This document shows, one piece after another, positions 24,501 to 36,500 of a DNA stretch of 64,000 nucleotides. Numbering within the stretch: the first letter of the stretch is position 1; every line of letters starts with the position of its first letter. Under the pieces are notes generated by a model. That model did not search any database. It was given only the letters and a program-made list of their open reading frames with translations, and was not told the origin of the DNA. The DNA comes from Amoebophrya sp. A120. Taxonomy: Eukaryota > Protista > Dinoflagellata. The stretch covers positions 124,001 to 188,000 of the forward strand of contig CAJINV010000015.1 of NCBI GenBank assembly GCA_905178155.1. Reading direction: 5' to 3'. Position numbers and translations under genes: made by a program.

Positions 24501-27500
24501 TGCGCTCAACACGACGCTGCATCTTTTTTTTGCCTTGGCACAAAGACAAATTTTTTTGTCGTACCACCGTGCGTCCAGATACAAAACAAGTTTTTTCAAA
24601 AAGCTGCACAAACGGAAATCTGACTAAAGCGTAGGAGGGAATGCAAAATGTTACAGCACAAATAAAGCAAAGCAGCAGGTTAAAACTTTTGCCAGTGCAA
24701 ACGAGAGAAACAAACAAAGGGCAGAAACCTGGACAGGCTACAGGGAGTGGGTGTGTGCGCCACTGTGTAGCCGTAGTGGGTATGTGCGCCACTACGAGCG
24801 TGGGTGTGTGCGCCACGCGTCAGAACTTGCTTACTTTTCGGCGCACAAAAATCAACATCTTCATTAGTCACCAACACACGCACTACGGTTGATCGGAGAG
24901 AGAGACAAACAGAACACAGAAATCAACATAGATCGAACTTAATTGACCAAGGGGTTGAGAGCATCAAACGCCTGCAGATCAGCCAGATACTGCAGGACCT
25001 CGTCCTGCCTACGCCCCTTCTTCTGGGCGGGGTCGCATGTCTGTGCATGCAGCGTCAATTTCAATGCACACTTGACCCCCTGCCCGCTAGTGGCCTTACC
25101 TTCAGTGCCAGTAGTGCCGCACTTCTTACAATGCCAACGATTGCCCCATGGCAACTGCGTGCGTCCTGCTGCGTAAGTTCGAATACAAACAACATCGTCA
25201 AAATTAACATCACTATAATCGACCTTCCCACACTTAGTCTTGTGCGACTTGAAGCCGCTGCCGCCGTCTGGAAAACGCACAAGACAGTGCGGGCACTGGT
25301 ACTGCGAGATCACGCTGTGGCTGGCGATCAGCTCGCCCTCCTCGTGCACGTTCTTCCGCAGCCGTATCTCGCTGGCGCCAGCGTTGACACCATGGCCGGC
25401 AAGCAGTTCGTCGCGCCGCTTCTCGACGTTTCCGGCGCCGTCCGCCGCGTACGCTGCCAGGCGCTCTTGCTCTTCAATCTTGCGAATGTAGAGCGTAGCC
25501 GCCTCGTTCCACTGCTTCCGTGTCATGTCAGGTCGGAGTTGTGCGCGCCCCATGACTTCTAGCCACTGCTTCGCTAGCGTTCTGCGCTGCATCCGCCTGT
25601 TGCCTTGCGCACCCGCCGAAATCGTGATCAATCTGCCGTAGATCAGGTGGTGGTCGGTGCGCCCGTCCGGGAAGCGAGCGCGGTACGTGTTTCCCTTTTC
25701 TAGGCCTTCGCCTGGCTCGTCTCTTCCCATCCGGAGTTTGTGCCCCAGGTAGTCGATAGTGATCCTCTCGATCGCTGTTCGCGCACTTTGAATGCCGAAC
25801 CTTCTCCGTAGTGTGTAGTTGTTTGCCACCCCAACCATTCCCGGAATCGCAGTGCCTGTGATGGTTCGCAGCATCTTATTGATGAGGACATTTATTTCCT
25901 GATAACTGCGCTCGTTCCACAGCCGCACTGCCGCGTTGTAGTAGACATGCGAAAGCACATTGGACTTGATCAGGCTGCCTCGCTTGTAGTAGTTGATCCG
26001 TCCGCGCGCCCGTAGTAGAATCGGTCTCCACTCCGCCCACGCTCCGCGTGCCTTCTTCAAGTGCCGCTCGAGGCACACTCCTGCACTGTGGTACGTGGAC
26101 AGTTCGCATCCTACAATTTTTACTTTTTCCTCGAATCCGGGTGGTACTGGTGGCGTCCCATCCTTTTGTTTTGGGCCGGGGTAGTGGAAGTGTGGTCCCT
26201 GTAGTAGAAGCCGCTCCGTCTTGTCCGGGTGCACCTCCTGGCCGAAAGTAGTCGCCACGTCCTTGATCGTGCTCTCAACCATTGGCGCCTCCCGTAGTGT
26301 CGTCGGAAGCGTTGCATCATCTGCAAAAAGCAAGGCGACCACCTTGCGCACCGCTGCGGGGTTGATGTTCTGCTCATCCGTAAACGCCGCAAGCTTCGAC
26401 AAAAAATCGCCCGTCGTTGCTAACTTTATGCCGTTTAGCCTGCGCGCCAGCTCCCGATACATAATCTCGCTCAAGATTCCGTAGCCGTCGGGGCTGGATG
26501 GGCCTCCTTCTTTCATCCCGCGCGTTGCTTTCCACTCTTCAGACGGCTCGCGGTCCACCATGATGTAAAACGTTGCTTTGTCGTGTAAGTGCGCTAGAAA
26601 TTCCACGTCTGTGCTCGGAACGCCCGCACGCCGCAGAATGCGGTATACAAGCTCCCGAATCACGCTCGGAAATGCCTTCTTGAAGTCAATCAAAACCAGT
26701 ACTAACTCGTCCAAGATCGACTCCCGCACGACTGTCCTCGTCTGGTCCGCTATGAACTGCAACATCATCACCAAGTCCGCCGTCGAGCAATCTGACCGAA
26801 ATCCGCGCTGCGTCGCCGTCTCCCGGTAGAAACCGATCCGCTCGAGGTAGTGCTTGAGCCTCTTCTGCAAAATGGTCTCGCACAATTTCGATAGAAAGGT
26901 CGCCACCGCAATGGCGCGGTAGTTGTCTAACAGCCGCGGATTTAGGTTCTTCCCCTTGTGGAGGGCATTCATGCGCACCAAGTGCGCCGCATCCGGAATC
27001 GTTCTCGTTCTGAAACAATCCTGCACCAACTTCACTAGAAAATCCCAAGAGTCGTCGCCGAGGTGCTTGATGTGGGCAATGTGGATCTGGTCCACTCCCA
27101 ACGCGCAGTCCTTCATCTGCTTGACGCAATGCGCAACTTCGCCTTCGTCGGGTATGCCCCACATCGGGTCCGCAGACTCCGGGAGCTGGTCCAGGTTTCT
27201 CTCCAGGGCCTCCTGAAATCCTTGCGGAACGTCCGCCGGTCGCAGCATCAGCCTGCTGAAGTGTTTCTTCGCGTCCTCTACGGTGAACGGGATCGCCTGT
27301 CTCACCCTTGCTCCCGCCGTTGGTTCAAAAATTACACCCGTGCGCCGCAACCTTGCGTAGTCGATTCTGCCGCACTGGCCATACTCCGCCTGGCACTCGT
27401 CTGCAATGCGGTCGATGTAATCTTCAAAATCCAACTTCTCAGCAGCTCGGTAGTCCTTCTCGATCACGCGCAGCCGTCTGTTGTACTGCTGCCGCTCGTT

Positions 27501-30500
27501 CGCGTCCGCTGCTAAAAATCGGGAATACAGTAGGTCCTCTTTCTCGTTCTTGTACTCGCGGAATTTCCGGACATTCAGCCAAGGGGGATACTGCTGCGCA
27601 CCCCTCTCCTGATTTGCCGGAACTACCGCCGTCGCGCTGTTCGCTACTACTGTCGTGAACGTTTCCCACCTGGTGGCCAAGCTACTGCTTCCGTCTTGCT
27701 GCTCTTTCCGAAGGTTGGCATCCGTCTCCGCTGCAAAAGCCGTCTGCGCTGTCTCGTCGCGCCGGAGCGCTTCATATGGTGGGGACGGCGTAATTGTCAT
27801 TACTCGGTGCCGGATTTCGCGCTTGTCCTTCTGCGAAAGGCCTAACTTGACTGCCATGCGCTTGCCGCGGTGGTCGGTGAGAAATTTGGGCTGGATGGTC
27901 TTCACGTTTCCGAACTGAACCTGCCGCGATGTGTAGAAATAGTCAATCTCGTACCATCGCCCGGTTGCCGGATGTCTCCACGTGCCTCGCCTGTGGATGG
28001 ACTTAAAGGTGTCCGGAATACACAACATGTTATCGATTGCAAACCGCATGTTGTTGTGTCCCGGACGGGGGTTCGCGGGGGGTTCCAGCAGCACGGCCGA
28101 GCCGATCGCCGCCGCAGCTCCTGCTTCTTCATCCTCTGGGCCCCGTGGCAACTGGGAAATTGCTGAGTTGAAGTCGCCGCCGAAGATGATGCTGCTGGTC
28201 CCTGTCGCAAACAAAAGCTTTTCGCGCCATAGCAAGAACTGGTCCAGTTCTGCGAAGTCCGCAACCGTGTCGCTTGGCTGGTATCCCACCGCAAACCATG
28301 TCCCGCGTATGAAGAGCGCCATAATGCGGGGGCCGAAAAACTTGACGACCGGCTTGATGAGAGATTTTCCATCCGCTGCGAACAGAATGGACTTGTGCAA
28401 GACGATGGCCACTCTTCCTCCTCCGTAAACGTAGTGCTGGCCGTTGGTGAACTCGTACCGCTTCAAGTGTGCACCACGTGCTCCGCTCCAAGTTACATCG
28501 GACAGGAGTGAGACCTTCGCCTTGTTCGCCACGATGTGCTGGAACACACCGCGGACCTTCTCCGCCTGTTGCACCTGCTGGAGGGGCGCCGACTGGTCAA
28601 CGCCCTCCAAGTACCGAAAGTTTGCCCGCTGGCAGTTCTGCGTCAGTACAAAGACCCAATCGCCTGGCGTTACCGGTTGGTTGCAAGCTCGGTGGGGTCT
28701 GCGGATCCTGGTCGGGTCTCTGCGACCGCCCATGACCCGCTGGTGCTGCAAAAGGAGAAAGCAAAGAAAGATAACGACGAACAGCATGCTCGCGGACCTA
28801 ACAATGAAGCGCCCGGTGGATCCGGAGTCTGCTACGCCGGGACGCCCTCGGTAATCAGTCTAGGTGTAGCTCCTCACATCGTTTGTCGCCCCGTCGTCAC
28901 AAAGAAGTTCTGCAGTGGTGGAGGACAAAGACGGCGCGCTTCCCTTTTACCCGCGAGGTGGTGATGTGAGGGGGGACGAGAGAAGTGCACTCATTCTGCC
29001 ATTACACCCCTGGATTATATGTGACCCCCAAAAAGGAAAAAATCCTCACGATGAGGGTGGCGCAATTATTTCAGCCACATTATTTAAAACTTGCCATGCT
29101 TATCTTGCATGAGAAACTCCCACCTCCCAACTTCACCAAAAGTGGACAGCTTTTGTCGCTCATGCAACACAGATTTTTGCATGCTTCCGATTTACCATGA
29201 CAAGTTGCCACCTTCTAGACCCAGACATATATTGCAATCCATACTTTTCGTGGTCAGGCCCGGCGATACTGCGGAGCTTCTGGATTTGCGTTTTGATATC
29301 TGCGTTCACAAAGCAATCGACTCGGTCCACAGCACGGCCCTCCATCTCCAAATATTTTTGGCCCAGCAATTGATTAAATGCGTCGGGGTCAACCCACACC
29401 TTCAGGATGGTCAGCAACGACTTCCGGGCTTTGTTCGCGAAGATGTTTTGCGAGGAAAACAAAATGATGAGCAAATCCTGTGTAAAAACGTCCGCACCCC
29501 AGAGTTGTCATGCAAATCTGCATGCGTAAAATGTTTCTCATGCGCAGCCCCATGAGAAGCATTTCCTCATTCTGTCTGGGACTTTGTCATGCTCAAATCA
29601 GGATCAGACGCTAGATTTGTGATGTGGCATTACTAGCCAAAAACCACTACACTACCGACCCAAATTTGTCATGCGCGACACTCAAAACTTCTGGATCTGT
29701 GTTGCGAAATTCCCATCTTGACTCTGGGGTTGGGACGTTTTTCCTCAGGATAGAGGACCCGCTGCAAGTGGTGGCGTAACTCGAACACCGCGTCAAAATC
29801 CATGAAGCCGCAGAACTGTTTTTTCAAAAAGTCCCAGCCTTTTGCCAGTCCGAGCGTGTGGGCCGCTTTCTTGAAAAAACCACCCACGTTTGCAGCAGCA
29901 GCCTTCCATCGTACGAAAAAACTGTTTCACTGTAAAGGGGTTTTGCAGGTTTTGCATCACAGGTTTGCTCTAGCTACATGACGGAGAAAATTTGCCATGC
30001 AAGGTGTCTAATGGAAAACACAGCCAAAAATCCACTCTCTTGCATGTGTGGCAAGACAAACAGTTGTGAGATGCCTTTTGTGCATTACAAGTTTACAGTG
30101 AAACAGTTTTTTCTTGCGATACCTTCACCTTGCTGTAGACAGCGACGACAGCGTTTTTCACCCGATTCGAGTCGTACACAACAATTTGCTATCCTGAGTA
30201 AAAACGTACCCACACCAGAGTTGTAATGCAGATTTGCAAAGACAGGAAGACCTGTAATGCGCATCCCCATGAGAGCCATTTCTAATCGTGTTTTGGAATT
30301 TGTGATGCTGTGAACAGGATGAGCAGATGAATCTGTGATGCGGCTGCACTTGCTAACCTGCACTACACTGCAGAGTGCAACTTGTCATGCGTGACTCACA
30401 AAACTCCTAGGTTTGTGTTGCAAAATCTCCATCCTGACTCTAGTGTGGGTACGTTTTTACTCAGGATATTTGCTGGGCGTTGTTCTGTGAGCCGGTGGCT

Positions 30501-33500
30501 CCGCTTTGGTTCTTCTGTTGAAACCCGAGTTTTCGCTTCACACATATCCATTGCAAATATGTCTGGGTCTGGGAGATTGCAACACTTGCTTATGCACGTT
30601 TTGCATGAGCCGGGATGTCTGTGAGGCATGCCCTAGCATCACAGATTTTGTGAGAGCTTCTTGATGTTGCCTATCCCCCATGACAAATGCCCTCTCCGCG
30701 TAACAAAAGTTGGACTCCTTTATTTGCTGCTCAGGCAATACAGATTTTTTCCGAATGCAAATGCAGCATCACAAGTTGAACTCTTCCAGCCCCAAACATT
30801 TTTGCACTGGATAACGCACTCTTTCATGCGATTCAGCCCGCCGCCAACGGCGCTGGCGCCTTTCTTGATCTTGTTTTCCATCTTTTTGAACCAACCACGG
30901 TAATTTTCGTCCGACCGCAGCTGCTCGAATTCCACCACGGTCTCCACCAGCTGCGCTAGCGTGATCAGGACGCGGTGCGGAATTTCTTCCTGCAGATTGT
31001 GAAACAAGCTCGCGTATCCTATGTAAAAACGTCCCCACCCTATAATAGGCCAAGATGGAGAATCGGCTAGACAAATCCACAAGCTTTGGCTGTTTGGAAT
31101 GACAAACTTGGACTCGTAGTGTAGTGCTGTTTGACTTTGAGGTAGTTTCGCAGCATCAGAGATCTAGAATATCATGCTGATTGGAGCATCACAAATTCCT
31201 AAACACGCCTAGAGAAAAATGCCTTGCATGGGTTTCCGCATGAGAAACATTTTCAGCATGCAGATTTGCATTACAATTATGGGGTGGGCGGGACGTTTGC
31301 AAATGCGATATCGCGGGGTTGGTTTTAGAATTGAACAGAAAGCTCATGAAATCCACCTGGTGCGTCTTGTAATGTTCTTCGTCGTCGTTCCGCGCGGCGG
31401 CGAGCAAGGTGTCCAGGTCAAAATTTTCCTCATCGACCTCGTATTTAGACGAGTCCAGCGGCCGATTTCTCCCGTCCAGGGAGGTGAGCTGGCGGCTTTC
31501 TTCGGTTTTCCACGGCGGCCAGTGGGACACGATCACGTACAGCTTGGAAATACTGTTCAACACCCTCGAAAAGTCCTGCACGGTACGCTTCACCGGTCGG
31601 TGATTCATGGCACCTTCCCGGGACTCGGTCTTCTGCAGAAAAAACGTGAAGCCAAAGACTTCGCCGGCGTACCGCATGTTGCGCTTCCAGGTGCTGTCGT
31701 CGTCCAAATCGCAGCCGCCCTGCACGTCGTCGTCCGAGGCCGCGCGTCCGCCGCTCGCAATGTCCCGGCACTTTGCCATCGCCGTGTCCAGAAATTTCGC
31801 TGACTCGAATATCGCTTCGCTGTCTCCGGTGCGCAAAATCGCGCCCGCGGCCTGGGCGCCCGAGATCGCCACATCCGTGGTTTTATGCAATGCAAATATG
31901 TCTGGGTCTGGATGAATGCAGACGTTTGCAATGCACGCTTTGCATGACCCAGAGTGTCTGGCATGCAGGACCAGCATCGCAGGTTCTTTGAGAGCTTCAC
32001 GTTGCCTACCCTGCATGAGAAATTCGCTCTCACCATTGCCAAAAATACACAGCTTTTGCTGTTTGTGCAAGACAGGTTTTTGCGTGCTCTGGAATGCGCA
32101 TCACAAGTTGCAACCTTCCAGACCCAGAAATATTTGCATTTGATACGTCTTGCCCAGCGCTTTGATCAAATCGTTGATCGACAGATCGTATGGATTGCAA
32201 ATATGTCCGGGCATGGAAACTTGTGATGCTGGTTGAGAAAGACGACGACGCCTCAATTGACCGGCAAGCATGACAAGTTTTGGAGGTGCTACAGTCTTGG
32301 CTTTTCCGCATGGCAAAGTGAGCTTCGGCATGACAGAAAAATGGGGCTCTTGGGTAATGTACATGACAGACTTGAGAATCATGCCAGACAAGCATGACAA
32401 ACCTGCATTCTTCCAGACCCAGCCACATTTGCAATGCATAGGTCGTCGAACGACCGCGCGCTTCCCTTCGCCTTTTTCCCCGCGCGCCGCTTCGGCCGGG
32501 GACGCAGGCTCGGGTTGGCTCCACCACCCTCCTTGGTACGATCGTGGGGGATATCGAGTGCAAACATGTCGGGGTGCTCTGGAAGAGTGCAAGACTTGTC
32601 ATTTTGCATCACCCATGATGTCTGTAGTGATGCATGCCCTAGCATCACAAACTTCTTGCGGGCTTTCTGACGCGCATACTGCATGACAAATGCCCTCTCC
32701 GTGTACTGCACAAAATCGACTCCCCTTGCTGGCCATGCAACGCAGATTTTTTTAGACTCCGAAGACAGCATCAGAAGTTAAATCCTTCCAGTATCGGACA
32801 CTTTTGCAGTTGATATGGGACAAACTCCTTTCCCGTGAAAGCACAATAGGTTTTGCACGCGGCGGTGTGGACTGCTTTCACGGCATTTTTGATCGTTCCA
32901 ATCGTCAATACGGAGAGCAGATTTTTCTTGTCATTCATGTCTAGCTGCTCCAGGGTATGCACGTTTTTTTTCAGGAGGTCCGCCATCTGGACCCCACGCT
33001 CCACCTTTTTCAAGCTTTCCTTGTCCATCGGGTTGAACTTTTGCCAATCGATCGTCGGCTCCACACCCGGGTTTCTCGCCTTCTGCTCCCTATGGCATTC
33101 TCAACGGTTACATTCTGAACTGCTACATGAATAACTTGTAATGCAAGAATAACAAAAGCGAAAGGGGGGAGGCTGCACCTGTAGCATAACAAATTCCGCA
33201 CAGAAGGAGAGCCCTTTATCGTAAATTTGTCATGCGAAGCGGCTTGATCGTGTCGATAATGATGCTAGTTTCGCATGACAAATTCACGTAAAACGGTCGA
33301 GAATTATGTAACGTTTGAGAATCCCATACTCCTTCAAATCTGTGTACACCATGTCCACCGTCTCCTTGCCGAGGCCGTACAAGCCTTTCGCGCCGTTGGT
33401 GAAGGCCCGGATGCTGGCAAGCTTTTTTTCATATTCTTCTTTCTGCACTTTTGTCATCTCTTGATCGGGCAGCACCTCTTTCATCAAATTACCCACATTG

Positions 33501-36500
33501 TCAAAGGTCATGTTTTATCAAATGCAAAAATGTCTGGGTCTGGAAGATTGCGCGGCTTGTCATGCAGCTTTTCCATGACCCATGAGGTCTGGAATGGAGG
33601 ATCTAGCATGACAGATTCTGTGCGAACTCTCTCATGCCTATCCTGCATGAGAAACTCCCTCCCGACTTGGTCAAAACTGGGCGACTTTTGGTAATCATGC
33701 AACACAGATTTTTGCATGCTTCAGATTTCGCATGACAAGTTTCATTCTTCCAGACCCAGACCTTTATATACATTTGATATGTCTTTCGTGCCGCCTGCCT
33801 CTTCTTCCTCCATCAGGTTCGACACGTAGCTGTGCACCGACTCCTCGCCTTGCTCATTCCAGTACGCCTTCCAGTAGCTGCCTATCCCACGAAAAAAGTG
33901 TTACAGTTACACATTTGTACGTCAATTCAGCAACACAAATTTCTCTGGATGAGGGAGAAAACTTGTAATGCAGAAATCCTACGAGAAAACACCTATGAAA
34001 CGAGGCTCCTATGCATATCCGGCATGACAGAGATTGTCTGTTTTGCTTGGCCTGCAACACAATGTGTAACTGTAACACTTTTTTCTTGCGATACTGCCCA
34101 TGCGCTTCACACTGTTAATCGCGGACCGGACCAGCCGTTTCGCGCCCTGCTTCAGGCTTGAGAAGAAGTTTCGAATTTTTCCCCGCAGCGTTTTGGAGCG
34201 CATCGCGTCCTCTTTCCGCTTCTGGATCTCTTTCTGCTTGATTTGGAATGCTATCCAGTGCAAATATATGTCTGGGTCTGGAAGGATGCAACTTGTGATG
34301 CTACCTTCGGATTCTCCATAAAATCTGTATTGCATGAGCAGCAAAAGAGGTTCAATTTTTGCTATCAGGAAGGGCGTTTCTCATGCGGTATGAGCATCAG
34401 AAAGCCCTCGCAGAATCTCTGATGCTAGGGCATGCATTACAGACCTTGTGGATCGTGCAAAATCTGCATGACAAACTCCTGCATTCTTCCCGACCGAGAC
34501 ATATTTGCATTACATAAACGCCGTGGTGATGACGGACCGCGCCAACTGCTGACTTCTCGCGGTCGCGTATCAAAACGAAAAATGCCCCCTCCCCATATCG
34601 AAAACGAAACTTGCGATGCTGTATTTGACTACACAAGTCGACTTGTATTGCTATAAGGCCAAGAGACGCAGCTCTGGCCTGAATCGCAGGCAATTTGTCA
34701 TGCTGTTTCCCACTTCCAGTTGCCTCCTGTCATGCTGAAGATGCAAGGCTTGTTTCCCACGCCAGCCAGCACGACCGCCCGCATCTTTTGCCTTCTGGCA
34801 TGAAAAAGCTGACTTGTGACCACAAATCTGCATCACAGATTTCTGTTTTGATATGGGAACAAGGGGGGATTTTTCTTCTTGATATCGCGAGGCGCCCGCC
34901 CACGGTTTTGGCCGTGGTCGGTTCGTGGTCCCCCATGCGGTCGTCGCTAGTCCCGATTAGAACGTCCTCATTGAAGATCAGCGCGTCCAAGCTCTTCCTC
35001 GCCGTCAGGTGCATCTTCCACACGCGCGCCTCACGACAATCCATCGCCTCGAAATCGTAGGTGGCCTTTTGCTTCATCTGGATCACGGTGTCGACGCGCT
35101 GGTACTGCGCGGCGGCGTTCACATTCTCCGCGAATAGCATGCCCTGGGCGGGAATCTGGAACTGCTTTTGCGCCTTGTAGTCGACACCTTCTGGAATTGT
35201 CAGTTTCTTCATCTCTCTATCGGCGTCCTGGAAGACCTGCTTCGCACTGTAGTCCCACGTTTCGATGCGCAGCACGCAAAAATTGCCCGACCGGTAGTCG
35301 TTGGCATCCATCAGCGCTTGTCTTCGTTTTTGCTCCTCCACGCTGACACCGTCGGCAAAGGCGCGGGTCTCGATTATCCTGAGTAAAAGCGTCCCCATCC
35401 CATGGTTGTCATGCAAATCTGCATGCTGAAAATGTTTCCCATGCGCAGCCCCATGACAAGCATTTTCTAGTCGTGTTTCGGAATTTGTCATGCTCCAATA
35501 GGCATGATGTGCTAGATCTGTGATGCTGCTGCACTCACTAAACAGCATTACACTGCGAGGCAAAGCTTGTCATGCGCAACAACCAAAGCTGGCTGATTTG
35601 TGTAGCAGCTTTCCCATCTTGACTCTGGGGTGGGGACGATTTTGCTCAGGATATCGATTTTCGTGTCCTTTTCCAGGAAGATCCGCAGCTCCTCCTTGCT
35701 TTGATCGTTCACGTCGTGCCTTTTTAGCAACTTGACCACCAGTTGGTTCCCGACAATTTTCGCGTTGTGTACTGTCGGGTGGTCCCCGCGGGGCCTCGTC
35801 GCCGGGGAGGTGGCCGTCGGGGACAGCGAGCGGGACGCACTGCGCTTCGTTCCTGCAGCGGCGCCGCTACCCCCGCCGCCGCCGAACATGCTTCTGAGTC
35901 CCCAACCTGCCGGACGCGGCGCCGCCTCTGGAGCTGCAGCGATTCTGTTTCCCAGGATCTCGTGGTTGGCGGCCTCCTGGGTCAACTGATGGAGCTTGTC
36001 GTTCAGCTCGGAGGAAGTAGAGTCATCGCCGCTGCTGTGAAATTTGAGTTCCAGCACGCCCGTGTGCCACACCGGCTGTTTTTCCGGGTAGCTGAACTGA
36101 ATGTTGCCGTTCGCCAAGGTCGACGCGGTGTAGAAGCCCGAGCTCGGATCGTAATTGTCGTAGTTGTACCCTATCGCGTACGCCTTGTTCTCGAATTTCT
36201 TCGTGAAATAGTGGATCCGGGGCTCGTGCGGGGGGAACATCAGCGCCACGGACTGCCTATGAACTGCAAAAGTATCGCACTCGTATAAATGCATTACAAA
36301 TTTCCTCAGCATGAGAGATAAAATTTGTAATGCGGATTTGCCTTAAGATAAAAATTTGTAATGCATGATTGCAATACGAGTACGATACTTTTGCACAGGA
36401 TACTGCCCCGAAGCTGCCAGTTGCGTGGCAGAGATGTCGTACCGCTCCTGTTTGTATGCACTGCAAATATGTCTGGGTCTGGAGCAAGACTGCCAGGTTT

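Larger units (their letters stand above)
23520..29090 (-). mobile_element. Full-length non-LTR retrotransposon (LINE, RTE-like architecture)
   Basis: APE-RT ORF; (CAAAT)5 3' tail at 23520-23545; bounded by the two introner halves; no clear TSD. Confidence 0.9.
23406..29243. mobile_element. Introner, family A, split by a nested LINE
   Basis: TSD ctttt/ctttt; halves 23406-23519 and ~29091-29243 rejoin into a family-A element like 2793-3059. Confidence 0.87.

Noticed and set aside
23614-24627. 337-aa plus-strand ORF
   Set aside because: Antisense shadow of the GC3-biased minus-strand ORF 23899-24522
31879-32150. Idea that both TSD copies are under coding constraint (both encode K-T here)
   Set aside because: Other mismatched TSDs are non-synonymous (T/S, M/V, G/R), so not general
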